From NCBI RefSeq assembly GCF_001194135.2, contig NC_068987.1, positions 11,536,157-11,600,156 on the forward strand: DNA of 64,000 nt, in the 5' to 3' direction. A program made the position numbers and the translations under genes. The notes below the pieces were generated by a model. The model saw only the letters and a list, made by a program, of their open reading frames with translations. It did no database searches and was not told the DNA's origin. Shown one piece after another: positions 48,579 through 60,706 of the stretch; the stretch's first letter is position 1, and each line of letters begins with the position of its first letter. This DNA comes from Octopus bimaculoides (lineage: Eukaryota).

Positions 48579-48629
48579 CTACTTCAAATCTGAGTATAAT
48601 GGGTTCTCAATGGCTGTAGAATCTCCATG
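48579..48629 (-). CDS. Terminal coding exon ([16 protein letters not shown]), NPxY + YxxL
   Basis: ttttcattttgtag acceptor, phase 0, TAG stop at 48581..48579; minus-strand AATAAA at about 48435-48440 and 48368-48373. Confidence 0.85.
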   Translation of the reverse strand, partial: HGDSTAIENPLYSDLK

Positions 48630-51600
48630 CTACAAAATGAAAAAAAGTTCCATGATTTAGTTAATTGCAAATTAATGTTTATCAACCTTTCAAACCTACA
48701 AATATGCTCCAGAGGGAAGGATTTCGTTTGGCTATACACCCTAGAAGATGCAATTGGATGAAACATCAATATTTTCACCTGTTTACAATAAGCCATGCGG
48801 CTGTGCACGTTTGCATTTTTCAGGAATATAATCCAATAAAATCATTGTTTGATAGTATATTTATAGATTCAAAGGTTTACAGTTATACAGGGGGTCCATA
48901 AATTACCTTTACAATTTGAAATATTTCATAGGCTTCAGATATATATTTGTAGTTTGTAATTTATACATATATGTTTGTGTACATTATGCATGTATGTCTG
49001 TATAGTAATATGTAGAAGTAAGATCCAAGGATCAAGGTGTAGGAAGTTAGTAAGTTTCAAGTAGTCTGTAGAAAGTATGAAAAAACGACTTTCAGGAACA
49101 ATAGTAGTTTATTGACATAGAAGGTTGTAAATTTTTCCCGTATCAAAGTTTGATGACCTGGAAAAATGTTATTTTATAGTTCACAATTAGCAGCTGGGGT
49201 TGCTCTGTATGCAAATAAAAACCCAGGCTACATATGTTTCATAGCTAGCTAGCAGAACGTCGGATGTATGTATAAACAGACACACACATACATACATATA
49301 CAAAATGGGATTACATATAGTTTCTGTCTCTTAAGACATTGGTAGAAGACACTTACTCAAGATGCTGTACTGTGAGATTGATCCTAGAGCTTGATGGTTG
49401 TGAAGGAATACAGTAATCCTTCACCATATCACAGTTCACCTATTATGCATTCAGTACAATAAGTAGAAACTCTGCCAGATCAGATTGGAGCCTGGTGCAG
49501 ACTCTGGCTCACCAGTCCTCAGTCAAACCGTCCAACCCATGCCAGCATAGAAAACGGACTTTAAACGATGATAATGATGATGATGATGAATAAATTTGCA
49601 GTTAACTTACTTCTGCGGTATTTGAGAATGATGGTGCTTCAAGTTCCGTCATTTTGAACTGAACAAAAGAAAAAAAATCAAGAATTTTATTAATCAAAAT
49701 TGCAAGATTAAGAAACTGTTTAGAAAAATTATTTTGGCAACAAAGAGATGATTTTTTTTTTTCACAAATTGGTTTAAAGTATCTGAAGTATCAGAAGGGT
49801 GACTTTGAATGAGATTAAAACCTTTACAGCATACATCACAGCACTTGGATAATTGCTTACAAATTACAAGATAGTTAATATGTTAAAATTACTTCTGGGT
49901 AATGAATGTGTGTGTATGAGGGAGAGAGAGACTTCTGTGCTAGAGGTTTGAATGTATGATGTGTGTATCATGTGAATTGGTGTTTCAACATATATAAAAA
50001 GACATGGTTGTTGTTGTTGGCACTCCGTCGCTTACGACGTCGAGGGTTCCAGTAGATCCGATCAACGGAACAGCCTGCTCGTGAAATTAACGTGCAAGTG
50101 ACTGAGCACTCCACAGACACGTGTTCTCAGGGATATTCAGCGTGACACAGTGTAACAAGGCTGACCCTTTGAATTACAGGCACAACAGAAACAGGAAGTA
50201 AGAGTGAGAGGAAGTTGTGGTGAAAGAGTAGAGCAGGGTTCGAGCTCAGTCCTACCATGTGGCACCTTGGGTAAGTGTCTTCTACAATAGCCTTAGGCTG
50301 ACCAAAGCCTTGTGAATGGATGTGGTAAATGGAAACTGAAAGAAGCCTGTTGTATATATGTATATATATATATCTATGTGTGTGTCTGTGTTTGTCCTCC
50401 ACCACCAATTGATACATGGCGGGAATATATTTACATTCCTGTAACTTGACAGTTTGGCAAATGAGACCAATAAACTAAGAACTAGGCTTCAAAAATTGAT
50501 GTCTTAGGGTTGATTTGTCCAACTAAAACCCTTCAAGGTGGTGTCCCTGAATTGCCATAGTCAAATGACTGAAACAAATAAAAAATATATTCGTGAACCT
50601 TTTAACTACACAGCTCTGCTTATCAATTTTCAATATGGAATTAACATTTTATTATTGCCATATTTTTCCCTCTATTAATTACTCATTCTGTTGATCTTGA
50701 TACATATTTAATTCCATACTGGAAGAGACCACATCATGTGATGCCAAATGAATTATTGAGATAGGGTTAAGTAAAAACTACAAATGCACAACTTGGTTTG
50801 TAACCATATTTGCAGTGATAAATTATTCCTGACCATTTTTTTAATTTCTAACCACAGCGGTTTGTTTCCAGCAAAATGAATACATTTCAATAGTTTTGCA
50901 GAATATTCCAAATTATTACTTACATCATAATTATATACTGGGTTGTCAACACCAGCTGATACACTTGGTGAATAATTTCTGTAATTAAAAATTAAAAAAA
51001 TCTTATAATAAGATATTTACCAATTCCATTCAGAATCCAAATTAACAACTGCAGAATATTTTGTGCATTAGACCAGTTGTTCCTCCCAAACAACACAATG
51101 ATATTTTGTGAAGTAACACAAATTGTTTTTCACTTTATGCATTTATAAAAATATTCCTGATAAATAAGTAATGTTTTGTTTATTTATTAGAAATATTTAA
51201 ATATCTTTGCAGTGATTCATATTCATAAGCTTTAAAGTATAAAACATACAGAAAACAAACACTAAAAATATGCCTTTTTTCAATTAACTGCATCTTTAGA
51301 AATGATAGTGTTATATGGACTGTTAGATATGTAATTCGTCTGACGTTCCGTGTGTCAATGTGGTTTGTCTGAGTTCATTGTTTCATTGTTGTTGTCTTGT
51401 GTGACTGTCGTAGTAAAAGGTCATTGATATATATATGGCGGACATGACTTTTGTTTATTCATAACGAACATTGGGTGAGTGCGTTCTTTGTATGTAATTG
51501 AATAATAAATGTAATAATTAAATTGTACAACTCGTTGTGTTATCTTTACGAGTCTTCCGAGGGAAATACAACAGATAGCATCCTGTTTTATATGAGGTCT

Positions 51601-54600
51601 GATGAATAAGTATCCTGACTGTTGTCATAGTAATGAAGCTAAAGCATGCAGATTGATCTTGAACTCTGCTGTGTGTGTGCACCAAGTTTTAATGTTCTAG
51701 CTCACTTCCGCTGTTTACAGCAGTGCTCGGAAGGAAGGTGTGTAGCATATGATTGTTGCATTGGCCATGACAGAGAAAGTTATCATGGCGATACCTGCTT
51801 AGAGGCCTACTTAAAAGTTGAAGAAAGTGTATGAGCCACACACAAATGCTCAAGTGGTTCAGACGTTTCCAAGATGGTCCCAAAAATGTCAATATCAACA
51901 AACGTTCTGGTAGACCCACAGCCAGAAGAACTGAGAAAAACATCGCAGATGTGCGTGCAACTGTGAGGGGAAATCATGGAATTACCATCAGATGTGCAAT
52001 TAGTTATGGTTCAGTTCAGTTCAGTCCATTATCAGTGCAGATTTGGATATGAGACTCGTGTCTGCCAAGTTTGTGCCAAAACTGCTTTCAGCTGACCAAA
52101 AAGACACTCGGGTTTCAGTTGCACAAGATCTCCTTGATTGTGTTGAGAATGATGAAAACTTTGTTTAGGCCTCTGAGCAAGTATTGCCAAGCTTTTGACA
52201 AAATTTGATGCAGATTCCTTATCTCATCTCTGAAAATTTGTAATAAATTTACTTGATCATATTTTTATATGATCAAGTAAAGAATTGCACATAGAAAAAT
52301 ATTTATTTGGAGATATGGAAGAAAGATGGATAAATTGTAAAATATGTAAAATTGATTTCAAATTTTGGCTGAAGTCCGGCAATTTTGGGGGAGAGGATAA
52401 GTTGATATCTGCACACAAAAAGCACCATTCGAGCGTAGTTGATGCCAGTGCCACCTGACTGGCTCCCATGCTGGTGGCACATAAAAAGCACCCACTACAC
52501 TCTTGGAGTGGTTGGCATTAGGAAGGGTATCCAGCTGTAGAAACCTTGCCTGATCAGATTGGAGCCTGGTGTAGCCTTCTGGCTTACCAGTCCCCAGTCA
52601 AACCATTTAACCCTTGCCAGCATGGAAAGCGGATGTTAAACGATGACGGTGATGATGATGATGATGATGATAATGAACCCTGTCACTCAACTGGTACTTA
52701 TTTTATTGACTCTGGAAGGATGAAAGGCAAAGTCAACCTCAACGGAATTTAAACTCAGAATATAAGGATGGATAAAATATCACTAAACATTTTGCCCAGT
52801 GAGCCAAAGAGTCTGGCAGCTCACTGCCTGGAAATATGTAAAATCATAAACAGTTCCACTTGCCTTTGTGTTCTTCTCTTCCAGAAAAAGTATATTCCAA
52901 AAACTAATGCCCCAACTATGATCAATGCTAAGATGATACCCACAGGGATTGCCCAGGTTTCTAAAAATGAGAAGCAAAAAATAAATAGATAGATAAGTTA
53001 ATTAATTCAAGAGAATGTTATGCATTATTATTTGGTGTTTATATCAAATATATCCATATTTAATTCTTTTAAACATAATGTTGCCCATTTTTTGTGCTAA
53101 CTCAGGGATTTTCAATCATTTTTTTTTATCTATGGACCCCTTTGATTACTATTTTATTCTGGTGGACCCCTATAAAAATTCTATTTAAAAAAAAACTTTC
53201 AAAAGTCCTATTTTGCTTTTCACACATTAACTTGTATAGGTTTAACTTTGTAATATGTTAGGGAAAGAATCTTAGCTGTTTCTTGCAAGTCATGTTTTCC
53301 AACTGTCAGAAGAACAAATACTCAAGACAATGGGAACCACTAGAGGGATGAAGGAAGTGACGGAGGCCCAAGAAGGTATGGCATGGCACCTTCAAAGAAA
53401 ATCTGAAGCATTTTAGTATCATATGGGAAGATGTGGGCAACTATGCCACAAAGCTTTCATTAATGGAGATGTCTTGCTGCCCAATGTACAGGCCATCTGT
53501 GTGGGAAGAACCAAGACTTCCAGGCCAATTGTATAGGAGGAACTAAAACTAAGAACATCCACAAGGCAAGAGTAAGATGTGTATTCAATGTCAAACTGTC
53601 ATCTACCTTTTTTTACATCTAAAGCAAAATTTTTTCAGAGGTCCCTATTGTGGATCCCCAATTTACTATTTTGTTATGTGGATCCCCAGAAATCTTATAT
53701 GGACCCCCAGGGGCCAATGTGGACCCTGGTTGAGAGCACTTTGCTAACTGATCAAACTAGCCAAACAACAAATAAACTTCTGTTAAGGGCAAATCTAATT
53801 CGTTGTCTAATATTTATAAGATATATTCTCCTTTAGATTTTTGAATAATTAAAAATGCAAACAGTTACATCCCTATTTAATTTGGATCTAATAAAATATA
53901 CAACATTACCTTCCTTGCTTCCTAGAAAGTCAGTCCAGAGGTTAGTTACAACAGATGCACTATACATAAAATGAAAGCTTATAGCAAGCCATTACACATG
54001 ATATCTAAAGGAATAAGAAAAAGAAAGATGTATACAAATAATCTAGAAAGAATTTGCTTACTCTTGTGTGAAGGATGTGATGTAAATTTTTCAAATTTCG
54101 GTATGAGACATCTAAAGTTGGTCTGCACAGTGAAGTTTCCACAACTGAAATACATAAAGCATAACTCAATGCCAAATAAAGTCTGCTTCATCTAAAATAA
54201 ACAATAGCAATTAACTTATTTATCTATTAAATAAAGAGATGAATTTGCTTGGTTTTTCTACTTGACACTCCACCATCATATGTCTGAACAGAGGTAAAAT
54301 TCATTCAAATTTAAAAAATGATGAACAGGAGTGGCTGTGTGGTAAGTAGTTTGCTTACCAACCACATGGTTCCGGGTTCAGTCCCACTGCATGGCACCTT
54401 GGGCAAGTGTCTTCTACTCTAGGCCTCGGGCCGACCAAAGCCTTGTGAGTGGATTTGGTAGATGGAAACTGAAAGAAGCCCGTCGTATATATGTATATAT
54501 GTATGTATGTATGTTTGTTTGTGTCTGTGTTTGTCCCCCCAACATCGCTTGACAACTGATGCTGGTGTGTTTATGTCCCCGTAACTTAGCAGTTTGGCAA

Positions 54601-55359
54601 AAGAGACCGATAGAATAAGTACTAGGCTTACAAAGAATAAGTCCTGGGGTCGATTTGCTCGACTAAAGGCAGTGCTCCAGCATGGCCACAGTCAAAAAGA
54701 CTGAAACAAGTAAAAGAGTAAAACTTGCAGAAGAAGAAGATAAATTAACTCCTGCAAGTTCATAGAAATAGACAATAAATTTTTCCATGGTCATGCAAAC
54801 ATATAAAAATCCTTAAAGAAGTGGCAATATATAGGACCGGATTATTTCTGTACAAGTCTCACCTGCACTCTGGTATACCATTTCTCAACTGGCATGTCCC
54901 TCCTTTTTGACACATGTCAGGTCGGCAAGCTGGAAAAAGATAATATCAAGATAACCTGACACAGGTTTAAACTTAGGACATATATAGTTATAACTAAATA
55001 CTACAAGACATTTGTCCAAAAACACTTGTAATTCTTCTATTCCAGATTTAGTAGATACTGACATACTGAATGCCTAGTGCTGCCCTAGGACACCTTGTCA
55101 CAGAGTCATGTTCAATTGAGAGATGATTATGATAAATTTGCTTCATCCTATGCTTATTATGGTGCTTTGGCTATAGCAATGACATAAAGTTGGAAGCCAT
55201 AGAACAATAATGATTTTTATCTCCAATGTAGTAAAAATTCTTATCTTTATTTTCTCTTTCCACAGGCTTTGTTGGAGCTCCTGGAGTCTTGCATGCATAG
55301 AGGGCTTATTCTTATCATCATCATCATCATCATTATTATTATTATTATTGTTATTGTTA

Positions 55360-55406
<47 letters not shown>

Positions 55407-55937
55407 GCATGTTTCTGAATGGCTAACATATGTCTTCCATGCTGCAATTGTTTTAATTTCAGCACACAGTTACTTCAGATCAAAACATTTGTTACGCAAG
55501 TACATCCCTATAAAGCGAAGAAAGCTTCCATAGAAAAGCACTTGATTTTTGAAATAGAAATTTATATATTAAGACACACTTTATTTTTGAATATGGAAAA
55601 TAAAAAAAAATCTATTATACAAGATAAAGTAGAGAATAAGGAAAACACAAACAGAAACTATAACAAAAAAAAACAAACAAAAGGATGAGTGTAATCCACT
55701 ACATATACTTACTCTGACAGAGAGACTCGTCTGAGTTATCCTCACACTCACTGATTCCGTTGCAACGAGTCATGTTGATACATTTGTGCTGAGGTTTACA
55801 ATATGTGTAATCTTTCGGGCATACCTCTGTAATGCAATGGCATAAAGCATATTAATTAGTTTTTTCAATGCTAAATATAAATGTGTGTATGTGTGGCTAT
55901 GTGCTGACTGCATGTCACATCCAATGATATGTGACTG

Positions 55938-55970
<33 letters not shown>

Positions 55971-57393
55971 GTTTTCAATGGCCAAAAATCCTTAGGGTCA
56001 TTCCTTTCTCCTTCAACTCTCTAACACTCTACCTTAGAATCCTTGCTGTTCCTAACAAGGCTGTTTTCAGCAACAGCCCCATTTTGATGCAGCCAACCTT
56101 TTACTAACTGCTCCCAGTGTGCCAGCCACAACTGGTGCCAGCCACAACTGGTGCCAACTTCTAAGTGTTTGATTCTCCATAGTTTCCTGATTTCCCACTT
56201 CATCTCCAGATATTTCTCCACTTTCTCATTTACCCCGTGGTCCCACTGTAAAGGAATATCCACAATAATAATTGCTTTGCTCTTTTTTTCTACGACAACA
56301 ATGTCAGGTTTCCTAGCCACAATAAAACGATCACACTGGATGGTCATGTTCCACAATATCTTATATTGTGCAGTTTCAGCAGCCTTTTCTGGTTGGTGCT
56401 CATACCATTTCTAACTTCTGTTCATGTTATACTCATGACAGAACTTCCAGTGAACCAATCTGGCAATGTTATTGTACCTTTTCTTGTACTCTTTTTGTGC
56501 AAGTATTTTCCATTCATTAATAATGTAGTCTATTGTTTCACCTTTCACATCACACAGCCTACAAAATGGGGAAGTCATCAACCTGTCAAGATTGAACTTG
56601 ATATAATAAAACAAATGATATATAATTATATGCATGTATACCTACATCTACATGTATATATAGATGTATATTCGGGTACAGGACATTAGAAAAATGAACG
56701 GGAGCATAAAAACAAAACGGACTTTGTTTACAGACAACAGAACGAACACATAGGAAAACAAACAAATCACTTGGAATTATTCCTTCATCAGCTGCCTCTA
56801 TTCTAAAACTAGGCATTTTGAAGATAAGGCAGGATGCACTCTTAGAATAGTTTCTTCCTGAGTAGTGGATCAACCCACTTTGCCTGTTCTTGGGCTGTGA
56901 AGATAGCTTCAGTTTCAACTTTCAAGTCACATATTATTATTGTTATTATTTTGGTTTGGCTCAGGTTTGGTCTTATTCCTGGTAGGAATTATGTAGATAA
57001 TGGGTTACTACCTATAACCTTAGGTATCCATAAATTTTCAGCAGCCTTTCAAGTGCTTAGAACTTTCCTAATAATCCTTGCTGTCCCTAAGAGACAAACT
57101 TTCTGCAGGATTTCTGTTTCAGCCATCAGTCATCTACTTCAGCCATTTGTCTATAACTGGCTGAAGACAAATATTATTATGATCATCATTATTATTGTTA
57201 TTGTTGCTGTTGTTGTTGTTGTTGTTATTATTATTATTATTATTATTATTTTATGTTTGACTTTTGTTTTGCATTTGTACAAGTTGGATCCAGGTCTCAC
57301 CCAGAGACCTCAAGAGACAACAAGTTAGAAGTTCATGTTGTTGTTGTTGTTGTTATTATTATTATTATCATTATTATTATTATTATTATTATT

Positions 57394-57446
<53 letters not shown>

Positions 57447-57709
57447 TGTAGTAAGCTGGCAGAATTGTTAACATACTGGGCAAAATACTTAGTGGCATTT
57501 CGTCCGTCCTTATGTTCTGAGTTCAAATTCCGCCGAGGTTAACTTTGTCTTTCATTCTTTCGAGGCCGATGAAATAAGTACCAGTCATGCACTGGGGTCG
57601 ATGTAATCAACTTATTCCCTACCTCAAAATTTCAGGCCTTGTGCCTATAGTAGAAAGGGTTATTATTATTATTGCTTTATAATTATAATTATTATTATTA
57701 TTATTATTA

Positions 57710-57756
<47 letters not shown>

Positions 57757-58242
57757 GTTATTATTATTATTATTATTAATGTTCTTTTCAACTCCTGGAG
57801 TGTGTGGCACTGGTCCATCATCATCATCCTTGTCATCGTCATCATTGTTGTCATTGTTGTCATTGTCGTCATCGTCATCATCATTATCATCATCATTACT
57901 ATTACTATTATTATTATTATTACTTTTATTTAATCAAGTTATCAACAGTTTCTTGTTAATCATTCCTCAAATTATATTACAAAAAAAAAAAAAAAAATGA
58001 AAATACACGATGAAATAAATGCTACTTACTGCAAGACTTTTCATCTTCTCCATTCAGACAATCCTTCCTTCCGTCACAATGGTATGCTGTAGGGAAGCAT
58101 TCCAAACCGCTTTTGGTTCGACAGCTGAATTCATCAGGATTACATTTGATGGGGGTCATTGTACTAGCAGAAGTTGTAGAAATGTGGCCTGAAAAATTGA
58201 ATAAGCATAAACAAATTAATCCTTTGAACATAGAAAGCAGAT

Positions 58243-58280
<38 letters not shown>

Positions 58281-58826
58281 TTAACGTCCATTGTCCATGC
58301 TGGCCTGGGTTGGACAGTTTGACCAGGGCTGGCGAGCTGGAAGGCTGTACCAAACTCCAGTTAGATTTAGTATGGTTTCTACAGCTGGATGCCCTTCCTA
58401 ATGCCAACCACTCCAAGAGTGTAATGGGTGCTTTTATGTGCCACTGGCATAGGTGCCATTTGCGTGACGCCAGTATCTGCCACAACTGTGACTTTACTTG
58501 GCTTGATGGCTGCAAAAATTGTATTACTGTTAACTGTGAAAAGCAGTTTTACCCTTACGGCTCTGAAAGAGCCAAAAACATCTTATGCAGCATGAAGTGG
58601 AGACACCCTCAATGAACTTTTTGCAAAAGACAATTCTTCAGCTTTTGAAAATTTTTTCACAGATTTCATATAGGTACAGGAGTGGCTGTGAGGTAAGAAG
58701 TTTGCTTCCCAACCACATGGTTCTGGGTTCACTTCCAATGCATGGCTCCTTGGACAAGTATCTTTTACTATAACCTCAGGCCAACTAAAGTCTTGTGAGT
58801 GGATTTGGTAGATGGAAACAGAAAGT

Positions 58827-58865
<39 letters not shown>

Positions 58866-58970
58866 TGTGTGTGTTTGTCCTCCACCACCATGTGACAACT
58901 GGTAACTAGTGTGTTTGCATCTTTGTAACTTAGTGGTTCATCAAAAGAACCTGATAGAGTAAGTACCAAG

Positions 58971-59014
<44 letters not shown>

Positions 59015-60666
59015 ACTCCTTAGAGTTGGTTAGTTTGATTAAAATTACTCAAGGCAATGCCCCAGCATGGTCGCAGTTTACTCACTGAAACAAGACAGAA
59101 GGTAAAAGAGAAAAGAAATCTTTTGGCACATATTTCTTTACAGAACAAGAATCAAGCCCTTGCAATGATGGATATGAAAACCATATTTACAGAAAGTACT
59201 GAAAATGTATTGTAGAAGCCGAAAATATCAATTTTATTTTCTGGTGGCTAATTAACATCTTATCAGAACGGTATTGAGATTTAATTAAACAGGGAAAGAA
59301 TTAAATATGAAAAATAAGAGATAATTTTTCTTAGGTTCCACTTGGATTATATATAATTCTAAGAATGCTAAAGTAGTTGGTACTGTGCTATATCATTTCA
59401 ACCAATTCCAAGGACCCTCCTGCTCCTTGCAAATGATGTGCAACTAAAATCATAATTAACTGTTCCTCCAATATTTTTTTATATCTAAAGTCAGGCACCC
59501 ACAAGCATGTGAGACCTGCCTGGGATGCTTGTACCATGAACTGGTTCTGTCAATACATAACAATAACAGAGGTCGTCTACAATTAAACTTTCCTTTGTAA
59601 ATTTGAGTTGTCCTTACATTTATTTACACAACAAACCAATTTGGGTTTAAAATATTTCACTAAATTACGTACCTGAAGAGCTGCCTGTTTTATGAGTTGT
59701 ATGCTTTCCTGGTATTGATTTATGTGTTGTAGAAACTAGTTGACCAAAAAAAGGGGACCATATAAATATGTGCTTGTGTATTTAATAAAACTATGAATGT
59801 GTATTTTAAGTATTATTAACTAAAAATTAACTTTACAAAGTAAGGACTCAAGTCACATCACATCTCATTGCTTAAGCCTTATGATACCAACTCTTTAGAT
59901 ACTGTTCTTGAATTACAATAAAAAATTTCTTGTTTTAATGTGATTTAAATCAAAATGATCAAAATCCATTGAAATATTATTTAAATTTGTTTCAAACACC
60001 AGCTTAATAATGACAAAGTTATTTTACTTATGTTTTGGAGAGTTTTGAAATTAATTGAAACATTGGAAGTGTATTTCAGTAGAAATATAATAACAAAAGG
60101 GTTAATGTTATTTCATCAAAATATTTGAGGAAAATTTATAAATATAAATTTTGTAGAGTTAGATGTATGAAAATTTCGAAATATTTTAAAGTCAAATATT
60201 TTAAAATTCAACTTATCAAAATAAGTATTAATTAAATAATTAAAAAAGTAACATTAGTAAAGAAAACCTAATTAGTTAATAATTAAATCATTAAAGTAGT
60301 TATTGAATAATTGATAAATTCATTAACTGTAAAATAATTAGAATATAATGTACAAATGTAAACAATAAATTAAGTCATGTGAAAATTTTTTGCTTAATGC
60401 TGGACAGAAGGGTCACACAGAAGAGCTAGGAAGAAGGGGATATGTATTTATAATTAAAGGTATGTGTGTTATCTATCTCTCTATCTATCTATCTATCTAT
60501 CTATCTCTCTATATACANNNNNNNNNNNNNNNNNNNNNNNNNNNNNNNNNNNNNNNNNNNNNNNNNNNNNNNNNNNNNNNNNNNNNNNNNNNNNNNNNNN
60601 NNNNNNNNNNNNNNNNNNNNNNNNNNNNNNNNNNNNNNNNNNNNNNNNNNNNNNNNNNNNNNNNNN

Positions 60667-60706
<40 letters not shown>

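Noticed and set aside
55210-57900. Poly-I/L/N/H/Y and YIYI/CVCV ORFs here and across the window
   Set aside because: Translations of microsatellites with no splice or domain support
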